Source: Chloroflexota bacterium
Lineage (GTDB): Bacteria > Chloroflexota > Dehalococcoidia > Lucifugimonadales > Lucifugimonadaceae
DNA: 13,993 nt
Direction: 5' to 3'
NCBI GenBank assembly: GCA_002719295.1
Contig: PBHC01000005.1
Coordinates: forward strand, 145,721-159,713
Shown here: in pieces, positions 1 to 7,675 of the stretch
How positions within the stretch are numbered: position 1 is the first letter of the stretch
Layout of the letters: the number at the start of each line of letters is the position of its first letter
Made by a program: the position numbers and the translations under genes
Notes under the pieces: generated by a model
The model's input: the letters and a program-made list of their open reading frames with translations, nothing else
Told to the model about the DNA's origin: nothing
The model's database searches: none

Positions 1-2
1 AA

Positions 3-380
3 CCTGTAGCAGAAGAACCTAAAGCAGAAAAAATTAATTATCTCGAAAAAATTACTAGTAATGAAAAAATTGAATCTTTTAGAAGTGGAGATACTGTAAT
101 ACTCAATCTATTAATTAGAGAAGGAGATAGAGAAAGAATTCAAGCCTTTCAAGGAAATGTGATTAAAGGTAATCATAAAAGTGGTTCTAAGATACTCCCT
201 GGTAAATCTTTCACAGTAAGAAGAGTGGCCTCAGGTGTTGGAGTTGAAAGAACTGTGCTAATTAGTTCTCCAAGTATTGATTCACTTAAAGTGATAAGAA
301 GAGGAAAAGTAAGGCGATCTAACCTTTATTACCTTAGAGATTTAACTGGTAAAAAGGCTAGAATTAAAGAAGCAAGATAG
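3..380 (+). CDS. rplS: 50S ribosomal protein L19 (bL19), 5'-truncated by window edge
   Basis: The 159..380 frame is open back to position 3: PVAEEPKAEKINYLEKITSNEKIESFRSGDTVILNLLIREGDRERIQAFQGNVI...FTVRRVASGVGVER...GKVRRSNLYYLRDLTGKKARIKE. F-x-x-GDTV, ERIQAFQG, GVGVER and VRRxxLYYLR are L19 signatures. The true start lies upstream of the window. Confidence 0.97.
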   Translation, partial: PVAEEPKAEKINYLEKITSNEKIESFRSGDTVILNLLIREGDRERIQAFQGNVIKGNHKSGSKILPGKSFTVRRVASGVGVERTVLISSPSIDSLKVIRRGKVRRSNLYYLRDLTGKKARIKEAR

Positions 381-390
381 GTAGTTTGTT

Positions 391-1023
391 TTGGCTATAT
401 TACCTATTAGAAAATTTCCTGATCCTATTTTAAGAAAAAAATCTGATGAGATAGTTGATTTGACTAAAGAATTAATTCAATTTGGTTATGAGATGTTAGA
501 GACTATGCAATCAGCTAAAGGAGTGGGACTAGCAGCTCCACAAGTAGGTAGGCTAATAAGAATGATAACTATACAAGTTCCTGAAAAAAAACCTATGATA
601 ATGGTTAATCCTAATATTTCTAAAAAACAAGGCTCAAGAGAAGTTCAAGAGGGATGCCTTAGTGTCCCAGGATTTACAGGAATTATTCAACGTTCTGTAA
701 AAATTGATGCTGAATACCTTGATGAAAATAAAAATAAAATTAAATTTTCTGCAGAAGAGCTACTTTCTCAAGCTATTGAACATGAGATTGATCATTTGAA
801 TGGTATTATGTACACAGATCATTTAAAATCACATGAAGATTTACACAAAACTGGTATCACTCCAGATGATGTACATTGGCATGACGTTGGGTATAAAATT
901 CATATTAGTAAAGATCAGGCTACAAAAGATGATTTAAGCATGTATGAAGTTATTGAAAAAAAGATAGAACTTTCTAAAATCAAATCTGATAGTTCTTTAG
1001 ATGATGCTTCATTAGAAATATAA
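391..1023 (+). CDS. def: Peptide deformylase with C-terminal extension
   Basis: All three PDF motifs are present: GVGLAAPQVG, EGCLSVPG and HEIDHLNG. TTG start. Confidence 0.96.
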   Translation: MAILPIRKFPDPILRKKSDEIVDLTKELIQFGYEMLETMQSAKGVGLAAPQVGRLIRMITIQVPEKKPMIMVNPNISKKQGSREVQEGCLSVPGFTGIIQRSVKIDAEYLDENKNKIKFSAEELLSQAIEHEIDHLNGIMYTDHLKSHEDLHKTGITPDDVHWHDVGYKIHISKDQATKDDLSMYEVIEKKIELSKIKSDSSLDDASLEI

Positions 1024-1030
1024 AGGAAGG
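1023..1030 (+). promoter_or_regulatory. Shine-Dalgarno site for secD
   Basis: AAGGAAGG lies 7 nt upstream of the TTG at 1038. Confidence 0.6.
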
Positions 1031-1037
1031 AATAAAT

Positions 1038-2894
1038 TTGAGATTTAAGGGAATAATTGTTTTAGCTGTATGTTTAGTAATTTCCTTACTAGCTATATTT
1101 ATAAACCCAATTAAGATTAATAATTGGGAAAGAGGGAATAATGATAACTTACTTGGAATGGTTCTAGGACTTGATTTAAAAGGAGGAACTCATTTAGTTT
1201 ATTCTATTTTATCGACTACTGGAGAAGATCCTACTGTTGAGGATGCAGAGGGTGTTAGGAAAATAATAGATAAAAGAGTTAATGAATTTGGTGTAAGTGA
1301 AGCAAATGTTCAACTTCTAGGAACGCCTCCAAATAAAATTCTTGTACAAATCCCATCTCAATCAGGTGATCAAATAACATTTTCATTTTCAGATGATGAT
1401 CCAAATATAGATGATATAAAAGATAAAATTTCATCAGCAGGTTTAAGTGAATATCAAATTGAAAAAATTGAAAATCAATATATCGTAACTTATGAACAAA
1501 CTTTAGGTTTAGGTACATCTGAAAAAATCCAATCAAATCTTGCAAATTCTTTTCCAGTTAAGGTTATGATTAATTTTTCTCCAATAAGATTAGAAGGTAA
1601 AAAAGAAGGCGAGGACTTAGAATTTCCAAATGTCTATGATTTAGAACCTCTACTTAAAGAATCAAATATTGAATATGATGAGTTTAATAATTTAGGATTT
1701 GGTGCATGGGAACTAATTCTTTCAAACTTTGGATATGGAGATGAAAGTTTGGCTGAAGAAATTATGCTTTCTTTATCCGAAACAAAATATAATCTAGTCA
1801 ACCTTCAGCCTCAAGGTGAACTGGACAACTTTGTTATCAGTGGAGGAATTCAATCTGCAAAAAGATTGATAGGTTCTACTGCTCAGTTAGATTTTAGAGT
1901 TAGAGAATGTGGAAAAGTAAAGCCAGAGGATTTAGATATTAACGTTTGGGAACTAGTAAAATGTTATGACCCACAATATTATAACGAAGTTGCAACAGGA
2001 ATCGAGTCAAAGAACCTTACTGATGCATCTCCGGGAACAGTTGCTGAGTTATCTCAGCCGGTTGTAAATGTTGTTTTTGATGACGACGGGTCAGATATTT
2101 TTTATGAAGTTACTGATAGGATTTCTAGAACAGGAGACTTATTGGCAATCTATCTTGATAATGAGGAGCTAGTGAGTCCAGGAGCAGATAAGGCTATTTC
2201 TGGAGGAAGAGCATATATTTATGGAAAAGATATTGATGCAGAAAGAGCTAGAGAAATAGCTGTTCAATTAAGATCTGGTGCATTGCCTGCAAAATTAGAA
2301 TTGATTCAAGAAAGAAATGTGGACGCAGTTTTAGGGTCTGAATCTTTAACTAAAAGTTTGACAGCAGGAATAATAGGGTTCATCTTAGTTTTGATATTTA
2401 TGATAAGTTATTACAAAATCCCAGGAATTATTGCGTCACTCACATTAATTATTTACCTAGTATTTGTAATCGCAATATTTAAGATATTGCCTGTTACGTT
2501 AACTCTTTCAGGTGCTGCTGCTTTGATATTATCTATTGGATTTGCAGTGGATGCAAACATATTGATTTCAGAAAGGATAAAAGAAGAATTATTAGCAGGC
2601 AGAAATTTACTCAATTCTATAACAGTTGGTTTTGACAGAGCATGGCCTTCAATTAGAGATGGTAATTTTTCAACTATAATTACGGCATTAGTGCTCTATT
2701 GGTTTGGTTCAAACTTTTCAACCTCAATTATGCAAGGATTTGCTTTGACTCTAGGAGTAGGTGTATTACTAAGTATGATTACAAGTTTTCAAGTTAATAG
2801 AATCTTAGTGAGATTAATTACTACAAGTAATCTTTTTGATAAAACTAATTTATTTGTTCCTATATCAAAAAGAAATACAGATGGAGATGCATAG
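1038..2894 (+). CDS. secD: Protein translocase subunit SecD with enlarged periplasmic domain
   Basis: N-terminal TM helix, LGLDLKGG, RVNEFGVSE, LIGSTAQLDF, LRSGALP, AVDANILISERIKEE, GFDRAWPSIRDGN and GFALTLGVG, plus C-terminal TM helices. Confidence 0.96.
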   Translation: MRFKGIIVLAVCLVISLLAIFINPIKINNWERGNNDNLLGMVLGLDLKGGTHLVYSILSTTGEDPTVEDAEGVRKIIDKRVNEFGVSEANVQLLGTPPNKILVQIPSQSGDQITFSFSDDDPNIDDIKDKISSAGLSEYQIEKIENQYIVTYEQTLGLGTSEKIQSNLANSFPVKVMINFSPIRLEGKKEGEDLEFPNVYDLEPLLKESNIEYDEFNNLGFGAWELILSNFGYGDESLAEEIMLSLSETKYNLVNLQPQGELDNFVISGGIQSAKRLIGSTAQLDFRVRECGKVKPEDLDINVWELVKCYDPQYYNEVATGIESKNLTDASPGTVAELSQPVVNVVFDDDGSDIFYEVTDRISRTGDLLAIYLDNEELVSPGADKAISGGRAYIYGKDIDAERAREIAVQLRSGALPAKLELIQERNVDAVLGSESLTKSLTAGIIGFILVLIFMISYYKIPGIIASLTLIIYLVFVIAIFKILPVTLTLSGAAALILSIGFAVDANILISERIKEELLAGRNLLNSITVGFDRAWPSIRDGNFSTIITALVLYWFGSNFSTSIMQGFALTLGVGVLLSMITSFQVNRILVRLITTSNLFDKTNLFVPISKRNTDGDA

Positions 2895-2895
2895 A

Positions 2896-3777
2896 ATGAA
2901 TTTATTATCTAAAAGAATATATCTATTTTATTTTTCAATAATAGCAATTGTTTTTTCAACAATATTATTGTTTATACCAGGTCTTCCTCTAGGCATAGAT
3001 TTCACTTCAGGATCTACAATTACTTATAGATGGACAAATGAAAATCCTTCTCAAAATAAAATTTCTGAAAGTATCAGTAATGCAGGATTTGAAACTTCTA
3101 TAATTCAATCTATGGGGAATAATGAATTCTTTATTAGAACTTCTGATTTTGGACCAGATGGCAAAGAAAGAATTGATATTGAATTAGAAAAATTAATTGG
3201 GGAAAAACCTGTCACTTTAGATACAAATACTGTAGGTTCTTCTGTAGCAGATAATACGATTCGAAACTCTATAATAGCTGTATTTGTAGCCTCATTATTT
3301 GTAATGTTGTATATAATTTATGCATTTAGAAATGTTGAACAGTCTTATGTATATGCTATAGCTGCCATTTTGACTCTTATTCACGATGTTATGGTAGTTA
3401 TGGCCTTATTTATAGTCTTCAGCTTGTTTATTGGATCTGTTGTAAACTCAATTTTTATTGTTGGTATATTAACTGTTATTGGTTATTCGGTAAATGACAC
3501 AATTGTGATTTTTGATAGAATTCGAGAAAATCTTATTATCAATAAATCTATGGAATTTATGAATGTAGTTAACCAATCAGTTAGAGAGTCTATAACAAGG
3601 TCTTTAGGAACATCAATTACAACTTCAATTGTTATTATTTCGATGATATTGTTTGGAGGACAATCTTTGAGAGACTTCCTACTTGTTTTGCTTTTAGGTG
3701 TAATTATTGGAACTTATAGTTCTATTTTTGTTGCTTCAAATCTTCTACTGGCATGGAAATATGGAATAAAAAAATAA
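2896..3777 (+). CDS. secF: Protein translocase subunit SecF
   Basis: LGIDFTSG, HDV, GYSVNDTIVIFDRIREN, RSLGTSITT and GTYSSIFVA motifs. The preferred start is ATG 2896, just after the secD stop and with GGAG at 2883-2886, rather than the track start at 2836. ATG 2887 is an alternative. Confidence 0.95.
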   Translation: MNLLSKRIYLFYFSIIAIVFSTILLFIPGLPLGIDFTSGSTITYRWTNENPSQNKISESISNAGFETSIIQSMGNNEFFIRTSDFGPDGKERIDIELEKLIGEKPVTLDTNTVGSSVADNTIRNSIIAVFVASLFVMLYIIYAFRNVEQSYVYAIAAILTLIHDVMVVMALFIVFSLFIGSVVNSIFIVGILTVIGYSVNDTIVIFDRIRENLIINKSMEFMNVVNQSVRESITRSLGTSITTSIVIISMILFGGQSLRDFLLVLLLGVIIGTYSSIFVASNLLLAWKYGIKK

Positions 3778-3778
3778 A

Positions 3779-5524
3779 TTAATTTTTAGTTCTCGAAACA
3801 ATTTTTTCTTCTTCTAATTTATCCAATATTGCTAAACAATACTTTCTACTTAATCCAAGATTGTCTCTTATTAAATCAATATTTATTTTTTTGAATTTAG
3901 ATTCAATAATTAAAACTTCTTTTTTTAATTTTTCATATACTTTTTGAGTATAAAAAACATTATTCGAGCATTTGATAATAAGATTATTATTTATAAGATA
4001 AGTCATGATTTCAGAACTTAATTTATTATCAGTTGGAGGCATAAAATTGTTACTTTCCAAATACAAAATGTATTTATTGATTAGCTGTAAATCATTTGCG
4101 CTTGGTTGTGGAGTAAAGGATTGTTTTTGAATAAATCCATCTTTGATAGAAATAAAATTATTTTTTACTAATGTTTCTATAAGTATATTTTTTTCCACCC
4201 TTTCATTTAGTTTTGATATTGGAATCCCATTTCTAAGAGGAAATTTTTTATGATAAATTTTCACATCCTCATATAACTTTTTTGCTTCTATTTTTAAGTA
4301 CTCAGTTTTAGTTATGTATGAATTACCATTAAATAAATAAAATTCTTTGTGCTTTTTTACGAAGTTTTGAAGATATTTTATGTTTTTACCTAAATATTTT
4401 TTTGTTTGATTTATGGACAAAACATTCATTTGGTCAAGAATTATTGAAAATATATTAAAATCATTTGGTTGAAAATTAGTTAATTTATTTTCATCAATAA
4501 CTTGTTCATAAAAAATTATTTCTCCTCCTCCAACAGTTCCATTATTATTTCTGATAATAAATTTATCCCCTACTAAAAATGATATTTTATTTCTTAGATA
4601 TATTTTGGCTACACTTGAGTTTTTTATATGCTTTATTGATCCTATGGATTTTTGAGTTCCTGTATGAAATGAAATTTCTGAATTATTTTTTATTTCGTTT
4701 ATTTTTTTTAAATTTATATAAATTAATTTTGATCTAACTATAAAACCCTTTTCAGAAACAATTTCCCCTTTTTTAATATCTGAAATATCCATATTTTGTA
4801 TATTTATAGATGCTCTCGACCCTGGATTTATTTCTTCCATTTTTGTATTGAAAGATTCTAATCCTTTTATTTTTATTTCTTTAAAATCAGGAGTTATTTC
4901 AAGACTTGAATCTTTAGTGATCTTGCTACCTATCAATGTACCAGTTATTATAGTTCCCTTTCCTTCTAATGAAAAAACTCTATCAATTGATAATCTCGCT
5001 GGTTTTGAAAAATCTTTTTTAGATAGATTGTATTTTTCAAGAATGATTTTTTTTAAATTTTCAATACCAGTTTTGTTTTTTATAGAAAGTTCTAAAATGT
5101 TGAAATTTTTTATGTTTTTACTTAAAAAACCATCTAGTTCATTCCTAAGTTTGTCTATTGTTTTTTTATCTACAAGATCTGTTTTAGTTATTACTAAAAT
5201 GATTTCATTTATTGATAACAATCTGAGTATATTTAAGTGCTCTATAGTTTGAGGTTTTATTCCTTCGTTCGCTGCAACAACCAAAATCACCAAATCAACT
5301 GCATGTGCTCCTGAAATCATGTTTCTAACAAAACTTTCATGCCCAGGAGTGTCAATAATAGAAGCGTATAAATTTTTACTTAAAGGATATTTTGCAAATC
5401 CTATTTCAATAGAAAGCCCTCTTTTTTTTTCTTCTTTAAGTCTGTCTGTATTTACTCCAGTTAATTCTTTTACTAATGAAGTTTTACCATGGTTTACATG
5501 ACCTGCTGTACAAATGCTATACAT
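3779..5524 (-). CDS. selB: Selenocysteine-specific translation elongation factor SelB
   Basis: N-terminal TAGHVNHGKTSLV..LTG.NTDRLKEEKKRGLSIEIGFA, DTPGHE, ITKTD and IDRVFSLEGKGTIITGTL. The C-terminus has the winged-helix motif IRDNLGLSRKY typical of the SECIS-binding WH4. 581 aa. Confidence 0.92.
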   Translation of the reverse strand: MYSICTAGHVNHGKTSLVKELTGVNTDRLKEEKKRGLSIEIGFAKYPLSKNLYASIIDTPGHESFVRNMISGAHAVDLVILVVAANEGIKPQTIEHLNILRLLSINEIILVITKTDLVDKKTIDKLRNELDGFLSKNIKNFNILELSIKNKTGIENLKKIILEKYNLSKKDFSKPARLSIDRVFSLEGKGTIITGTLIGSKITKDSSLEITPDFKEIKIKGLESFNTKMEEINPGSRASINIQNMDISDIKKGEIVSEKGFIVRSKLIYINLKKINEIKNNSEISFHTGTQKSIGSIKHIKNSSVAKIYLRNKISFLVGDKFIIRNNNGTVGGGEIIFYEQVIDENKLTNFQPNDFNIFSIILDQMNVLSINQTKKYLGKNIKYLQNFVKKHKEFYLFNGNSYITKTEYLKIEAKKLYEDVKIYHKKFPLRNGIPISKLNERVEKNILIETLVKNNFISIKDGFIQKQSFTPQPSANDLQLINKYILYLESNNFMPPTDNKLSSEIMTYLINNNLIIKCSNNVFYTQKVYEKLKKEVLIIESKFKKINIDLIRDNLGLSRKYCLAILDKLEEEKIVSRTKN

Positions 5525-5525
5525 A

Positions 5526-6725
5526 TTAATCTACAAAATTATTAGCGACTTCATTTGCAAATAATTTTCCTTTTTCTGTCAGTTTATAAAAATCTTTATT
5601 TTTTTCTAAAATATTATTACTAAAATAATTCTCTATCTTATTAAGATATAAATGATCAAAGTCTAATTTAAACCTATGCTTGAATTTTTTTAAATCTATT
5701 CCTTCGTCTAATCTAAGAGAAAGCATTAAAAATTCAAGTATTTCATTTTTTAAATTATGTTCTTCATATACGTCAAAAAACGTACTTTGTTTTAAAAATT
5801 TTATTTTTTCGTTGATTTTTATGATTTTATGTTTATTTATTTCTTTTATAGTACTTATATATTTTTTAGGAGACTTGATAACACTGAATCTTTTATTTTC
5901 CATATAAGAATGTGCCCCTGGTCCAACTCCAATATAAGGCATAAGTTTCCAGTATTTCAAATTATGTTCCGAGTATAGTCCATCTTTTGACCAATTAGAT
6001 ATTTCATAATTTTTATACTTATTTTTTCTTAATATCTTTTGAGTTAATTTGTACATTTCTGCAGAAATATCATCATTTGCAACAATCACTTCTTTTCTAG
6101 AAACTTGTTGATTTAAGAATGTACCTTTTTCTACTTGTAAAGAATAAGCTGAAATATGAGAAGGGTTTATTTCAATTATTTTTTCTAATGTTTCTAAATA
6201 TGTTTTTATATTTTGATTTGGCAACCCATAAATTAAATCTACAGAAATATTTGTAAAATAGTCCTTCAGTGTATTTAAGGATTTTACAGCTTTTGATGCT
6301 GAGTGCCTTCTATTTATTAATTTTAGCTCTTCATCATTTAGTGATTGTATGCCAATCGAGCATCTATTTATGCCAATCTTTTTCCATAACCTTGCTTTAT
6401 TTTTTGTTACATCTTCTGGATTGATTTCTAATGTAACTTCAGTATTTTCTGCAATATTAAAATTATCTTTGACTTTTTTTATGATTTTTTCTAGATCTTT
6501 TATCTCTATGTATGAGGGGGTCCCTCCTCCTATAAAAATGGAATTAATAATATAAGAATTATTTAAAGACCAAAACTCTATTTCATCACAGATTGACCTG
6601 ATGAAATCATCAATTAAGTTTTCTAGACCAGTGTAGGTATTAAAATCACAATAAGTACATTTTGTATGGCAGAAAGGAATATGAATATATAAACCTATTT
6701 GTTTCTTTTCTAGTTCGGTGTCCAT
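5526..6725 (-). CDS. hemW: Radical SAM heme chaperone HemW (HemN-like)
   Basis: LYIHIPFCHTKCTYCDF (CxxxCxxC), IFIGGGTPS, DLIYGLP, YEISNW, the HNLKYW (HNxxYW) HemW motif and GVGPGAHS. It lacks the long N-terminal extension of true HemN. Confidence 0.9.
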   Translation of the reverse strand: MDTELEKKQIGLYIHIPFCHTKCTYCDFNTYTGLENLIDDFIRSICDEIEFWSLNNSYIINSIFIGGGTPSYIEIKDLEKIIKKVKDNFNIAENTEVTLEINPEDVTKNKARLWKKIGINRCSIGIQSLNDEELKLINRRHSASKAVKSLNTLKDYFTNISVDLIYGLPNQNIKTYLETLEKIIEINPSHISAYSLQVEKGTFLNQQVSRKEVIVANDDISAEMYKLTQKILRKNKYKNYEISNWSKDGLYSEHNLKYWKLMPYIGVGPGAHSYMENKRFSVIKSPKKYISTIKEINKHKIIKINEKIKFLKQSTFFDVYEEHNLKNEILEFLMLSLRLDEGIDLKKFKHRFKLDFDHLYLNKIENYFSNNILEKNKDFYKLTEKGKLFANEVANNFVD

Positions 6726-7432
6726 ATTCCTGAATCAGATTTGTCTTGATCACTTTCATCACTAGCATCAATGTTTTGAGTGGCCTGCTGTTGGGCTTCA
6801 AATTGTTCTTTCATCTGAGCTTCCATTGCAGCTTGAGCATTCTTAACCCATTGAGCAACAGTATCGAGTTCAGGAGGTGAAATTATAAATTTCTCCACAC
6901 CTTCTGGTAATTCAATTTCTTGATTCCCTGTAAAAATGATACAAGATTCTCCGTCTTTTAGATTTTTATCTATTGAATTATTTATGTAATTAATTCTAGA
7001 TTCAGATTCTTTTTTTAATTCCTCTGAAATTTTTTCAGCTACACTCCTATTACTTAATCCTACATTTAAGCATTTAGACCAATCTATTACTTTTTGTAAT
7101 ATCTCTAAATTTTCAAATTCTTCAAATTGTGCTCCAGAACTTAACCTTTCCTGTAAAATATTCCAAGCGCCCAGGCTTGCTTCTTTAAGGCTTATAGAAA
7201 CATCTTCTCCTTTACCTGGAATCCCTTCAATAAAAATTCTTTTAACTGTCCCTGTTTTTTCTTCTAAATTAGTGATATTAGTATCAATTGCTACCCAATA
7301 CTTTTGTATTAAATCGTGTAGTTCTTTAGAAGCTTCTGGCGGTGCTTGTAGTAAAACACATATAAAAGCCTTTCTCTTACCGATAATATCTTTTGAACTA
7401 GGTTTTTGGATTTTTCCAATTTCATCACTCAT
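6710..7432 (-). CDS. Conserved hypothetical protein with acidic tail ending SGIWTPN
   Basis: 240-aa ORF with AAAGGA SD at 7445-7440 and a 16-nt overlap with hemW. It resembles, from recall, an uncharacterised family seen in Dehalococcoidia. No functional motif recognised. Confidence 0.85.
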   Translation of the reverse strand: MSDEIGKIQKPSSKDIIGKRKAFICVLLQAPPEASKELHDLIQKYWVAIDTNITNLEEKTGTVKRIFIEGIPGKGEDVSISLKEASLGAWNILQERLSSGAQFEEFENLEILQKVIDWSKCLNVGLSNRSVAEKISEELKKESESRINYINNSIDKNLKDGESCIIFTGNQEIELPEGVEKFIISPPELDTVAQWVKNAQAAMEAQMKEQFEAQQQATQNIDASDESDQDKSDSGIWTPN

Positions 7433-7461
7433 TTGATTGTCCTTTGATTATTTTTATTTTT

Positions 7462-7648
7462 TTATATTGAAAATAAAAACTTAATTATATCTCCATCTGA
7501 AACAAGATATTCTTTACTCTCTTAATTTAAGTTTACCTCGATTTCTAAATTCAATTAGAGATTTTATTTTAATAATTTCATAAAAATTTATGAATTCTGA
7601 TCTAATAATTCCTTTTTTAATCTCTGAATGTATTTTAGCAGTTAATAT
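7462..7648 (-). pseudogene. ychF: Frameshifted remnant of a ychF 3' end (TGS/DUF933 C-terminal region)
   Basis: Manual minus-strand translation gives ILTAKIHSEIKKGIIRSEFINFYEIIKIKSLIEFRNRGKLKL (7648-7523). After one extra base near 7522 it continues ESKEYLVSDGDIIKFLFSI-stop (7521-7462). This aligns without gaps to the intact YchF C-terminus [59 protein letters not shown]. Confidence 0.88.
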
Positions 7649-7675
7649 TAGATAACGAGAAGGCAGAAGTTTGAA

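Noticed and set aside
1279..1545. 88-aa antisense ORF inside secD
   Set aside because: Fully overlaps a confident gene, has L/F/Y/H-biased composition typical of shadow frames, and shows no motif.
2836..2895. Track start for secF at 2836
   Set aside because: It would overlap secD by 59 nt. ATG 2896 has a GGAG SD and gives a typical SecF N-terminus.
4848..5501. Plus-strand ORFs 4848-5252 and 5319-5501 antisense to selB
   Set aside because: Codon-register mirror frames of an AT-rich gene (F/S/I/L-rich) with no independent signals.
5680..6555. Plus-strand ORFs 5680-5907 and 6349-6555 antisense to hemW
   Set aside because: Shadow ORFs. Their apparent hydrophobicity mirrors K/E/N codons on the coding strand.
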